This document shows positions 23,123 through 32,030 of a DNA stretch of 38,390 nucleotides, piece by piece; positions within the stretch are counted from its first letter, which is position 1; the number at the start of each line of letters is the position of its first letter. Source of the stretch: Nanobdellota archaeon (GTDB taxonomy: Archaea > Nanobdellota > Nanobdellia > Pacearchaeales > GW2011-AR1). The translations under genes were made by a program, and so were the position numbers. The notes beneath the pieces were generated by a model that did not search any database, was not told the DNA's origin, and was given only the letters and a program-made list of their open reading frames with translations. The stretch lies in NCBI GenBank assembly GCA_030640395.1, contig DAOWJK010000011.1:1-38390 (forward strand). Reading direction: 5' to 3'.

Positions 23123-23932
23123 TTAATGCATAGTCTCCTCAATTCTGGCGATGTTTTCTTCATAACGATCTTTTTCAAAAGAGCCCATATCATCAGAAAT
23201 AAGCCTTGATGCTAAACAAAGGTCATAAATATCTTTACTTAATTTGTAGGTACTAAATCTCTCTCTTGTATAAGGTTCTTTCTCCTCAAGTTTCCTCTGC
23301 ATTCTTAAAAGGCCCTTTCCCATTTCTGTAAGAGGCATAGAAGCCAAAGTTCCCCAATTTCCTTTTTTAGCATTCTCAATTAAAGAGGAATAAATAGGAC
23401 CAACAAGCTCTTCTCTATCAGTTCCGTAGATAGTTGCTCTTCTAATCTTTAAAGGAAGAATTTCTTCAAGAGAAGCAGTTTTTACAGGAAGATTTTGAGA
23501 ATTATATTCAATATCTTTAGAAAAATTTATTTGTTTTTTAATATAATCCATAAAAGCATCATAATACTTTGGATTAAATTTAGTCCAGTGCATAAGAAAA
23601 ATTTGTTGATCCTTCTTATTCATATTTTTAATAATTTTTGCAGCATGATTCCCTCTCCCTCTTTTTGGAAAAAGGTGATATCCTTGTCCCTTAATAAAAG
23701 GATATACTTCTTGAAAAGCACCTTGTCTAAAATCATCGAAGCTTAAATCAGAAAGAACAAGAAGATCTACATCAGATGTTTTTCTTAGTATTTTTTCTCT
23801 TTCAGAACCATGAAGTTGGATAGCTAAACCTCCTACAACAACAGGCTTCTCACTAACAACATGCAAACTATCTAAACAATCTCTCACAATTTTATCATTT
23901 ATTCCAAAATAACATTCTCCGCGTTTTACCAT
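23123..23932 (-). CDS. putative nucleotidyltransferase (AbiEii/DUF1814-like fold, tentative)
   Basis: 269 aa. VVGGLAIQLHGSEREKILRKTSDVDLLV fits the minimal NTase G[GS]..D.D pattern seen in AbiEii-type toxins. No partner gene is evident. Confidence 0.4.
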   Translation of the reverse strand: MVKRGECYFGINDKIVRDCLDSLHVVSEKPVVVGGLAIQLHGSEREKILRKTSDVDLLVLSDLSFDDFRQGAFQEVYPFIKGQGYHLFPKRGRGNHAAKIIKNMNKKDQQIFLMHWTKFNPKYYDAFMDYIKKQINFSKDIEYNSQNLPVKTASLEEILPLKIRRATIYGTDREELVGPIYSSLIENAKKGNWGTLASMPLTEMGKGLLRMQRKLEEKEPYTRERFSTYKLSKDIYDLCLASRLISDDMGSFEKDRYEENIARIEETMH

Positions 23933-24048
23933 ACAAATTTAATCTTCTCCTTATATAAAAATCTTTCTATTTCTCACCCCTTCTCAGTTACAACACATTA
24001 CTCCTCAAAACCAATAACATTTAAAACTGCCTAATACAATTAAATCAT

Positions 24049-24450
24049 ATGAAAAAAGAGGCAAAACATCGCAAAGACCTTCCGCATATTTTTAGAGTTC
24101 CAAAAACACTCGGGCAAAAAGCAGCAGACTGGATTGCAAAATGGGCAGGAAGCTGGACATTCATAATTCTCTTTTTTATTTTTATCGGCGTATGGATGAC
24201 AACAAATGGATACTTTTTATTAAAATATGTCAAAGAGGGCGTGATAGACCCTTATCCATTTATCTTATTAAATCTGGCACTATCTTGTTTAGCAGCAATC
24301 CAGGCTCCAGTTATTTTAATGTCCCAAAACAGGCAGGCACAAAGAGACAGAATAAAAATAGATTATGATTACCATATAAACAAAAAAGCAGAAAAAGAAA
24401 TTAGAGAAATTAAAAATTTGTTATTAAATCAAAGAAGAAGGAAGAAGTGA
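24049..24450 (+). CDS. DUF1003 membrane protein
   Basis: 133 aa. Two TM helices and DPYPFILLNL.LS..AAIQAP.ILMSQNRQ..RDR, typical of DUF1003. Confidence 0.7.
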   Translation: MKKEAKHRKDLPHIFRVPKTLGQKAADWIAKWAGSWTFIILFFIFIGVWMTTNGYFLLKYVKEGVIDPYPFILLNLALSCLAAIQAPVILMSQNRQAQRDRIKIDYDYHINKKAEKEIREIKNLLLNQRRRKK

Positions 24451-24459
24451 AAAAATTAA

Positions 24460-24897
24460 TTAAATGTATTTCCCTCTGGATTGGCTCTCAAAATTTTCAA
24501 AAAACTTTTTCATCCTTTGATATGTTTTGAATTCATTTTCATTTGTTGGTATAACTTCTCTTTCTGAAATTTGCCTAAGAATTCTTTCATACTCTTTTAA
24601 TTCTGTGGCTAAATCCTTAGTATTGTCAACAAAAACAATCCCTTCCAAAGATTTTCTTCCTAATATAAAAAAACCATAAGCTAAATTTATATCTATAATT
24701 CCCTTAGATTCATCTTCTACAGCAAAATCTCCTGCACCAAATCTTATTTTATGAAGGATATCAATTGGAGACCCAAGAAGAGATTTATATTCTTGTTTTA
24801 AAACATCATTCTTTTCAATATCTTGAAAAAGAATGGAAGTATAATAAGCGACGCTGTTTGAAGGTCCATCAGTGTTCCCAGGCATTGAAAATCCCAT
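24460..24897 (-). CDS. hypothetical protein
   Basis: 145-aa ORF. No motif recognised. Confidence 0.4.
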   Translation of the reverse strand: MGFSMPGNTDGPSNSVAYYTSILFQDIEKNDVLKQEYKSLLGSPIDILHKIRFGAGDFAVEDESKGIIDINLAYGFFILGRKSLEGIVFVDNTKDLATELKEYERILRQISEREVIPTNENEFKTYQRMKKFFENFESQSRGKYI

Positions 24898-24943
24898 GCC
24901 CTAAAAAGTCTTTGTAAGTTAATAAATATTTATATACTCTAAT

Positions 24944-26221
24944 TCACATCTCCAACCTATCACTCAACTCTCCAGCAAAATTTTCTAACATTTTTTCTCT
25001 AACAATTTTTTTATCCTTTGCCCAGTCTGCGTGACCCAAAACCCAGCCAAGTTTTATCAAGGCTGTTTCACTTAACATATCCTCTAAATAAATAATTCCT
25101 GTTTTCATCAGCTCTCTTCCATTAGAATAAACCAACGGGTCAAGCCGCCCATAAATTGTCTGGGCAGCAGCGCAAACAACCAAACCTTTTTCCTGAACCT
25201 GTTTAAGTTTTTTTATCCAGCTATTTCTTGCACGTTTTGTCGGAGCATGTCCAAGACCACTCATCTCCAAAACAATGCCCCTGTATTTTTTCTTCAAATA
25301 AAAATCCAAAATATCCGGCTCTTGCCCGGGATAAATCTTAACCAAAGCAACTTTCTCCTCAAACTTTAAATCCAGCTTAACTTTCTTGCCTTTAGTTGTA
25401 CGAATATTATAATCTGAAATTTTATCAATTCTTTCAGGAAAAATTTTAGCAAAAGGTTTTGCATTTACAACTTTAAAAGCGTCTCTTTTTGAAGTATGCA
25501 TTTTCCTGACTTTTGTTCCGGGCATTGCATAACAAAAATCATCATTTGAAGACCCATGCCCAACAAGCATGACTTCTGCAATATCTGAAATCGCGGCCAA
25601 CGCAGCACACTGCAAATTCAAATTCGCGTCGCTGCTTGCCCTGTCAATACTTCTCTGAGAATAAGTCAAAACAACCGGCTTGTTCAAATTCTCCAAAAAA
25701 AAACTCAACGCCGCAGAAGTATAATGCAAAAAATCAGTTCCATGCGTGACAATCACTCCTTTAATGCTCGGCTCATTCAAAAGTTTCTTAGCACTTCGGG
25801 CAAGTTTCTGCCAGTCCTTGAAATCCATGTCCTCTGACGCTTTCATAAACGGCACCTCAACTTTCACAATATTAACTTTGCCAAAAACACCTGGATAAAA
25901 CTTAAACAAACTCTCAGGAGTATCAAGCCAGTCAACACCTCCTTTCTTCGGATTCAGCCGGGCAGCAATTGTCCCCCCAGTAATAATCATCGCAACATTC
26001 GGTTTATTTTTATCTTTTTTTATCTCAATTTCTTCTTTCTTCTCTAAACCTTTTTCAACAACCTTAATCTCCAAAACATCTTTTTTATTAAATCCAATAT
26101 TATAACCAGAATCCAGTTTAAGCAAAATAATTCCGGGTTCAGGGTTTTCTAAAAGAACTCCCTCATAAATCTGCCTTGTTAAATGAACTCCAACATAATC
26201 CCCGGCAACAGCATTTTTCAT
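24944..26221 (-). CDS. gatD: Glu-tRNA(Gln) amidotransferase subunit D
   Basis: 425 aa. N-terminal AD domain, then asparaginase-type motifs ITGGTIA and VTHGTD. Confidence 0.9.
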   Translation of the reverse strand: MKNAVAGDYVGVHLTRQIYEGVLLENPEPGIILLKLDSGYNIGFNKKDVLEIKVVEKGLEKKEEIEIKKDKNKPNVAMIITGGTIAARLNPKKGGVDWLDTPESLFKFYPGVFGKVNIVKVEVPFMKASEDMDFKDWQKLARSAKKLLNEPSIKGVIVTHGTDFLHYTSAALSFFLENLNKPVVLTYSQRSIDRASSDANLNLQCAALAAISDIAEVMLVGHGSSNDDFCYAMPGTKVRKMHTSKRDAFKVVNAKPFAKIFPERIDKISDYNIRTTKGKKVKLDLKFEEKVALVKIYPGQEPDILDFYLKKKYRGIVLEMSGLGHAPTKRARNSWIKKLKQVQEKGLVVCAAAQTIYGRLDPLVYSNGRELMKTGIIYLEDMLSETALIKLGWVLGHADWAKDKKIVREKMLENFAGELSDRLEM

Positions 26222-26328
26222 AACAACACAAAAATAATGCAGTATAAAAATATAGTGATGAAAAGCATTATAACTTAATAGTAGTGATAAATAGAAAGAT
26301 TTATAAATAGTTTATTTCTAAAAAGAAT

Positions 26329-26718
26329 ATGAAATACCAAAGCCCAATAATAAAAAAATTAGAACAAGAAAAAAACGAAAAAAATTCCTTAATAAAAAGT
26401 GTTGCTATAGCCGTTACAGTCCCTTTAATTGTTGGAGGGGTTATTGCATGGGAAGTAAATAAATATTTAGAAAAACAAGAACAAGAAGTCACAAATGCTT
26501 TTGCAAAAAATTGCGGTTATAGAATTGTAGATCTTTATAATTATGGAGATTATGAAGGGCAACCAAATGCTATTGCAAGAGAACAATTTAAACAACTAAA
26601 AGAACAATTCCCAGAAAGATTTGCAAAAATCACTGATGATGAAGGTGTTTCTTGGTTAATTGATAATTATAATACAAAACAAGAAGAATTTAACATTCCA
26701 AAATATGACTGTGAATAA
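26329..26718 (+). CDS. hypothetical membrane-anchored protein
   Basis: 129 aa with one N-terminal TM helix (VAIAVTVPLIVGGVIAW). No motif. Confidence 0.4.
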   Translation: MKYQSPIIKKLEQEKNEKNSLIKSVAIAVTVPLIVGGVIAWEVNKYLEKQEQEVTNAFAKNCGYRIVDLYNYGDYEGQPNAIAREQFKQLKEQFPERFAKITDDEGVSWLIDNYNTKQEEFNIPKYDCE

Positions 26719-26757
26719 TTACGCTATCTTTAAAAATCTCTTTCTCTTTAATTATTT

Positions 26758-28113
26758 ATGACAAAAATTGGATTAGAAATTCATGGTTATCTTTTAACAA
26801 ATGAAAAACTCTTCTGTGCTTGCAAATCAGAACACGGGCTAAAACATTCAAAACCGAACACAAATATCTGTGCTATTTGCACAGCCCAGCCAGGGGCAAA
26901 GCCAATGCTCCCAAATAAAACAGCCGTAAATAAAGTAATCCAAATTGCGTTAATTCTTGGATGCAAAATAAACGAAAAACTTGTATGGGCCAGGAAACAT
27001 TATGACTGGCCTGACCTGCCAAAAGGATATCAAAACACAATTTCTGGAGCTTATGCAATTCCTGTCGGAGAAAAAGGAAAATTTTTAGGAATACGAATTA
27101 CCGAGGCGCATCTTGAAGAAGACCCTGCAGCATGGAACCCAAAAACAGGGGAAATAGATTACAATCGTTCCGGAAGCCCTTTAATAGAAATTGTAACAGA
27201 ACCAGATTTTAAAAATTCCGAACAAGTAATTTCATGGCTAAAACAATTGCTCACAACTCTAAGTTACATAAAAGCCATTGACAAAAATCTGGGAATAAAA
27301 GCAGATGTAAATGTCTCTGTTTCAGGAGGAGCAAGAATTGAGATTAAAAACATAAACAGTCTGAAAAACATCAAAACAGCAATTGAATATGAGCTCCAAA
27401 AACAAAAAAAACAGCTTCCTAAAGTTCAGGAAACAAAAATGTTTGATGAAAGCAAAGCCATTACAATAAAAATGCGTTCAAAAGAACAAGCCCAGGATTA
27501 CAGATTTATTTCAGACCCGGACTTGCCGATAATAAAAATTGAAAAATCAAGAGTAGAAAAAATAAAATCTGCTTTGCCCGAAACTCCGTCAGAAAAACTA
27601 AAAAAGATTGTTAAAAAATATAAAATAGAAAAAACTTCAGCAGAAACTTTAACAAAAAAATTAGAAATTGTGGAGTTCTTTGAAAAAATAATTGAAAAAG
27701 CAAATCCAAAACTTGCAGTTCGTTGGGTAACTGAAGAACTTCTTAGTGTCCTGAATTACAACAAAAAAGAATTAGAAGATGTTGAAATAAAACCAGAACA
27801 TTTTATTGAATTGCTCAAACTTATAGAAGATAAAACAATTACAGAACTAAAAGCAAAAGATATTTTACGAAGCTGGAAAGAGAAATCACTTTCCCCAAAA
27901 CAAGAAATAAAAAAATTTTCTCAAATTTCAGACAAAAAAGAAATTCAAAAACTTGCTCAAAAAGTTATTAAAGAAAATTCAAAAGCAGTTGAAGATTACA
28001 AGTCAGGGAAAAAACAATCTTTGAATTTCTTAATTGGACAGGTAATGAGAGCAAGTGATAAGAGGGCTGATTTTGAAATGGCGAGAGATGTTTTGGTTAA
28101 AGAATTGGAATAA
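26758..28113 (+). CDS. gatB: Asp-tRNA(Asn)/Glu-tRNA(Gln) amidotransferase subunit B
   Basis: 451 aa. GLEIHGYL, PNTNICAICTAQPGAKP, EAHLEEDP and NRSG.PLIEIVTEPD motifs of GatB. C-terminal YqeY-like tail (LIGQVM). Confidence 0.9.
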   Translation: MTKIGLEIHGYLLTNEKLFCACKSEHGLKHSKPNTNICAICTAQPGAKPMLPNKTAVNKVIQIALILGCKINEKLVWARKHYDWPDLPKGYQNTISGAYAIPVGEKGKFLGIRITEAHLEEDPAAWNPKTGEIDYNRSGSPLIEIVTEPDFKNSEQVISWLKQLLTTLSYIKAIDKNLGIKADVNVSVSGGARIEIKNINSLKNIKTAIEYELQKQKKQLPKVQETKMFDESKAITIKMRSKEQAQDYRFISDPDLPIIKIEKSRVEKIKSALPETPSEKLKKIVKKYKIEKTSAETLTKKLEIVEFFEKIIEKANPKLAVRWVTEELLSVLNYNKKELEDVEIKPEHFIELLKLIEDKTITELKAKDILRSWKEKSLSPKQEIKKFSQISDKKEIQKLAQKVIKENSKAVEDYKSGKKQSLNFLIGQVMRASDKRADFEMARDVLVKELE

Positions 28114-28268
28114 ATTATTTTTTTGATTTTTACATATTTTTCTTTTTACTGCTATTATTATTAAAAAGTTTTTAAGAAAAATTTTATGATAAAAACTCGA
28201 AAAAAATGTAAGAATAAATTAGTAATGGTTTTTTAATGAATAAATTAAAATGTTAAAATACAGAAACT

Positions 28269-29252
28269 TTAATTAGCAGTGCATTGACAATCTTGATAAC
28301 TATCAGACTTGGCTGATCCAATTAGCCCTGCAGGGCCCATACTCGCAGTACCGCAAATCAGAGATTCTTCGCACGAATTTACATATTTTGTAAAATGTTG
28401 TGTTTTAAAACAAATTACACCATATTCATTCCAAATAGTACGATATTGCCCGCCCGGAGATGTAAATTCGCCAAATGGTCCTGACATAGAATACCAATCA
28501 GTGCTACAAGCACCATAATGATGTGATACATAATTTATTCTCGCGTAGTATTGTCCATTTTCAAATTTTCCACTAAATGATCCTGACACAGGATATGAAC
28601 CCGCTCCTATACAAGAACAACTTATTATGCATGGTTGAATATTACAACTCTGCGACTCTGTAGAAGAGCCAGAGCAAGTTGCTCCCCCGCATTCTGGAGC
28701 AGGATTTGTACAGGTTCTTGTTCTTGTTTGAGTTCCACCGCCACACGAAACAGAACAAGCACTCCAGCCAGACCATGCACTCCATCCTCCATCTACAGGA
28801 ACACAACCAAACTCCCCTCCATTAATTGCATCTTGTAAACTCATTTCAGAACCGTCTACAGAAATTAAAATCTCGTCTGCACTATGCCCAAAAACTATAT
28901 TAGAATTATATGAGGATGAAACACTTCCGTATAACGAAGAATCAATTGCCTGTTGCAAATTCATCTCATTGCCATTAACAGAAACATAAATATCATTTCC
29001 AGTATGATAAGCTCCTGAAATTTCTGTTGTGTAGTCCTGTGTTGGAGATGGAGCACCCTCAACAAGAAAACCATTATCTATTGCCTCCTGCAAAGTCATT
29101 GTAAAACCATCTACAGAAACCAAAACAGCGTCGCATCCATGCCCGGGATTTGGAATTTGTTGAGTATATTCATATGCAATAATAATGCCCACTATTAACA
29201 AAACTACCGCTATTGAAATAAAAATTATTTTATTAGAAAATTTATTCACCAT
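28269..29252 (-). CDS. secreted protein with three short tandem repeats and one thrombospondin type 1 (TSP1/TSR) repeat
   Basis: 327 aa. N-terminal TM/signal segment. Three VS(V)DG.(E)M.LQ.AI repeats. Then [52 protein letters not shown], the canonical WSxW...CSxxCGxGxxxRxRxC TSR pattern. Visibly higher G+C than its neighbours. Confidence 0.7.
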   Translation of the reverse strand: MVNKFSNKIIFISIAVVLLIVGIIIAYEYTQQIPNPGHGCDAVLVSVDGFTMTLQEAIDNGFLVEGAPSPTQDYTTEISGAYHTGNDIYVSVNGNEMNLQQAIDSSLYGSVSSSYNSNIVFGHSADEILISVDGSEMSLQDAINGGEFGCVPVDGGWSAWSGWSACSVSCGGGTQTRTRTCTNPAPECGGATCSGSSTESQSCNIQPCIISCSCIGAGSYPVSGSFSGKFENGQYYARINYVSHHYGACSTDWYSMSGPFGEFTSPGGQYRTIWNEYGVICFKTQHFTKYVNSCEESLICGTASMGPAGLIGSAKSDSYQDCQCTAN

Positions 29253-29300
29253 TTTTATATTATTCTATTAAAAAAACAGGATTTATAAATTTTACTTAAA

Positions 29301-29372
29301 TGAACTCGCGAGGATTCGAACCTCGATCAACAGGGCCGAAACCTGTTATTCTATCCATTGAACTACGAGTCC
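29301..29372 (-). tRNA. tRNA-Arg: tRNA-Arg (anticodon TCG)
   Basis: Hand-folded 72-nt cloverleaf on the reverse strand. Acceptor GGACTCG/CGAGTTC (one G:U), D arm GTTC..GAAT, anticodon stem ACAGG/CCTGT with loop TTTCGGC, T arm CGAGG-TTCGAAT-CCTCG. No CCA, no intron. Confidence 0.88.
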
Positions 29373-29473
29373 TGATACAACAAGAAAAAAAAGGTTTTTA
29401 TAGTTTAGGATTTTAATTAAAATATAAAAAAGAAGATGAAACAATCAATTAAATTAAACAGGATTGCCCTTGT

Positions 29474-29643
29474 GCGATTTCCATCTCGGAGGTCGAGCGA
29501 TTTCGTGGTAGGGACAAATTTGAAAATGAACAATAACCCGTGCGAAGTCCCATGGCTGATTGCCATTAGGCAATGCGGGAGTTTTAAAGAAATCGCCCAC
29601 CTGAACAAAAAGGGAAATCCCAAAAAACCGCTTAGGTTTTTTT
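29474..29643 (+). ncRNA. structured GC-rich RNA / 5-prime leader candidate, copy B (paralog of 1402..1585)
   Basis: Shares the blocks listed for copy A, but the TTAAAGAAATCGC..GAACA..AAGGGAA block sits near the 3-prime end (29584-29616). The CCCG/CGGG stem (29537-29540/29576-29579) encloses an extra TTGCC-atta-GGCAA hairpin (29560-29573). Terminal AAACC-GCTTA-GGTTT (29625-29639) plus a T7 tract ends 3 nt before the ATG at 29647. Confidence 0.55.
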
Positions 29644-29646
29644 GAA

Positions 29647-30507
29647 ATGGCACTCAGAAAACACCACAAAATAATAATTGGTGGACTTAGTACATTTCTT
29701 CTAGTCTTATTAATAGCAAACAGCGTGTTTATTTATTTTCTCTATGGGCAGTTGCAATTAAGTTACAATAAAATAGAATCAGATATAACAGAATTAAAAA
29801 CAGACACCCAAAGTAAATTCAATGAACTAACCACAAGCATCCTCCAGGCACAGGAAGAATTAAATTCACTTGGCTCTCAAATTGGCTCAATGGGACAGGA
29901 AATGGATTTGCTCAAAGCCTCGGCAAGTGCGGATTTTTCAGGAATCATCGAAGACGCAATCAAGTCTGTTGTAACAATAAGAACAGACATTAGCCAGGGA
30001 ACAGGATTCATCATAGACCAGGAAGGATATATTGTAACAAACTACCATGTAATGGAAAACGCAAAATCAGCGGGAATTTTTACATATGACAGCGAAACAT
30101 ATTCAGTAAATTTAATCGGGTACAACAGCAATTTTGATATTGCATTATTAAAAATTTCCGGAGATTTTGAAAAGCTAAAACTTGCAGATTCCGACGACAT
30201 TCAAATAGGAGAAAAAGTAATTGCAATAGGAAATCCATTAGGATTGCAATTCTCTGTTTCAGAAGGAATTGTCTCGGCAGTTCACAGGCCAGGACCAAGC
30301 GGGGTCAACGCATACATCCAAACCGACGCAGCACTAAATCCTGGAAATTCAGGAGGCCCTTTAATCAACAAAAAAGGAAAAGTAATCGGAATTAATAATT
30401 TCAAAATTGGAGGAGGAGAAAGTCTTGGCTTTGCATTAGAATCAAATTACATAGAAAGTATTGTAAATGAAATCGCACTGGAAAAATTAAACCAGACATT
30501 AATTTAA
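29647..30507 (+). CDS. membrane-anchored trypsin-like serine protease (HtrA/DegP-like S1C, no obvious PDZ)
   Basis: 286 aa. N-terminal TM helix and coiled-coil-like segment. Catalytic triad contexts TNYHV (His), DIALLK (Asp), GNSGGPL (Ser). Confidence 0.8.
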   Translation: MALRKHHKIIIGGLSTFLLVLLIANSVFIYFLYGQLQLSYNKIESDITELKTDTQSKFNELTTSILQAQEELNSLGSQIGSMGQEMDLLKASASADFSGIIEDAIKSVVTIRTDISQGTGFIIDQEGYIVTNYHVMENAKSAGIFTYDSETYSVNLIGYNSNFDIALLKISGDFEKLKLADSDDIQIGEKVIAIGNPLGLQFSVSEGIVSAVHRPGPSGVNAYIQTDAALNPGNSGGPLINKKGKVIGINNFKIGGGESLGFALESNYIESIVNEIALEKLNQTLI

Positions 30508-30584
30508 TAAGAGCAAGATTTTACAAATCTTCCACTACAACTTTTTCTAAAAAAAGTTATAAACCCTTTTTCCTTTAAACAATT

Positions 30585-32030
30585 ATGACAAAAAAAAATC
30601 AAGAGGGTATTACAGTTAAAAAAAATGAGAATTTTAGTGAATGGTTCACACAAGTTATTCAAAAATGCGAACTCGCAGATTTAAGATATAATGTAAAAGG
30701 ATTTTTGGTTTTCCAGCCTTGGTCTGTTTTGGCAATGGAAAAAATGTACAAACATCTTGAGGATGTTTTGCAAAAAAAATCACACAAGCCATACTGGTTT
30801 CCAACTGTAATTCCTAAGAGCAATCTCCAAAAAGAAGCATCTCATATTAAAGGATTCACTCCGGAAGTTTTTTGGGTCACGCATGGAGGAACAAAAAAAC
30901 TCGAAGAACCTCTTGCCCTGCGACCAACTTCTGAAACTGCATTTTACCAGATGTTCAACTTATGGATAAGAAGTTACAAGGACCTGCCTTTCAAAACATA
31001 CCAAAGAGCACAAGTCTTTAGGCACGAAACAAAAGCAACACGACCTTTTCTAAGAAGCAGGGAGTTCCACTGGATAGAAACTCACTGCGCACATGCAACA
31101 GAACAAGATGCAATAAAACAAATCCAGGAAGACATGGAAACAACAGAAGAAGTTTTGCACAAAATATTTGGCTTGCCGTTTATGTTCTTTGAAAGACCAG
31201 CATGGGACAAGTTCGCAGGAGCACACAGAACCTTTGCATCAGATGTGCTAAACCCCGACGGCAAAGTCATACAGCAACCATCAACACATATAATCTCCCC
31301 GAGTTTTTCAAAAGCATTTAACATAACTTACAAAGACAGAGATGGGAAAGAAAAACCCTGTTACACAACTTGCTATGGTCCTTCAATCTCAAGAATATTC
31401 GCAAGCATAATTATAACTCACGGAGACGACAAAGGATTAAAATTCCCCTGGGAAATCGCACCATTGCAAATAATAATAATCCCAATAGATAAGAAAGTAA
31501 ACAAAAAAGCAGAAATACTCAAAAAAGAAATTGAAAAATCTTATTCTGTGGAAATAGATTATTCTGATAAAAGACCTGGTGAAAAATTCAATTACTGGGA
31601 AATGAAAGGGGTTCCAATAAGAATAGATTTAGGATTAAAAGATTTGGAAAAAAAGCAGATAACAATTTTTAGAAGAGACTTGAATAAAAAAATTGTTGTC
31701 CCGGAAAAAGATGTTCTCAAAACAATTGAAAAAATATCAAAAGAATTCACAAAAAATTTAATAAAAGAAGCAGACAAAATTTTTAAAGGAAAAATAAAAG
31801 ACGCCAGGAACATTAACGAAGTAAAAAAAATAATAAAAGATGGTGCAATTGCCAGATGTAATTTCTGCTCAGTTGACAAAGATGGTGAAAAATGTGCAGA
31901 AAAAATTATCAAAGAAATTTCAGCAGAAGTCAGAGGAACAAAATTAGATGAAAAAATAAAACCATTTGGAAAATGTGTAGTCTGCGGAAAAAAAGCAAAA
32001 GAGATTGTTTACATTGCCAAGTCATACTAA
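30585..32030 (+). CDS. proS: prolyl-tRNA synthetase, archaeal/eukaryotic type
   Basis: 481 aa. F.EW......KCELAD.RY.VKG, LRPTSET, FR.E..ATRPFLR.REF motifs and a C-terminal zinc-binding tail ending in Y. Confidence 0.9.
   Translation: MTKKNQEGITVKKNENFSEWFTQVIQKCELADLRYNVKGFLVFQPWSVLAMEKMYKHLEDVLQKKSHKPYWFPTVIPKSNLQKEASHIKGFTPEVFWVTHGGTKKLEEPLALRPTSETAFYQMFNLWIRSYKDLPFKTYQRAQVFRHETKATRPFLRSREFHWIETHCAHATEQDAIKQIQEDMETTEEVLHKIFGLPFMFFERPAWDKFAGAHRTFASDVLNPDGKVIQQPSTHIISPSFSKAFNITYKDRDGKEKPCYTTCYGPSISRIFASIIITHGDDKGLKFPWEIAPLQIIIIPIDKKVNKKAEILKKEIEKSYSVEIDYSDKRPGEKFNYWEMKGVPIRIDLGLKDLEKKQITIFRRDLNKKIVVPEKDVLKTIEKISKEFTKNLIKEADKIFKGKIKDARNINEVKKIIKDGAIARCNFCSVDKDGEKCAEKIIKEISAEVRGTKLDEKIKPFGKCVVCGKKAKEIVYIAKSY

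Noticed and set aside
29417-29669. Three overlapping 69-78-aa ORFs across RNA copy B
   Set aside because: The region is better explained as structured RNA, given its conserved blocks, hairpins and a paralog at 1402-1585 whose homologous blocks are in a different order and not in a common frame.
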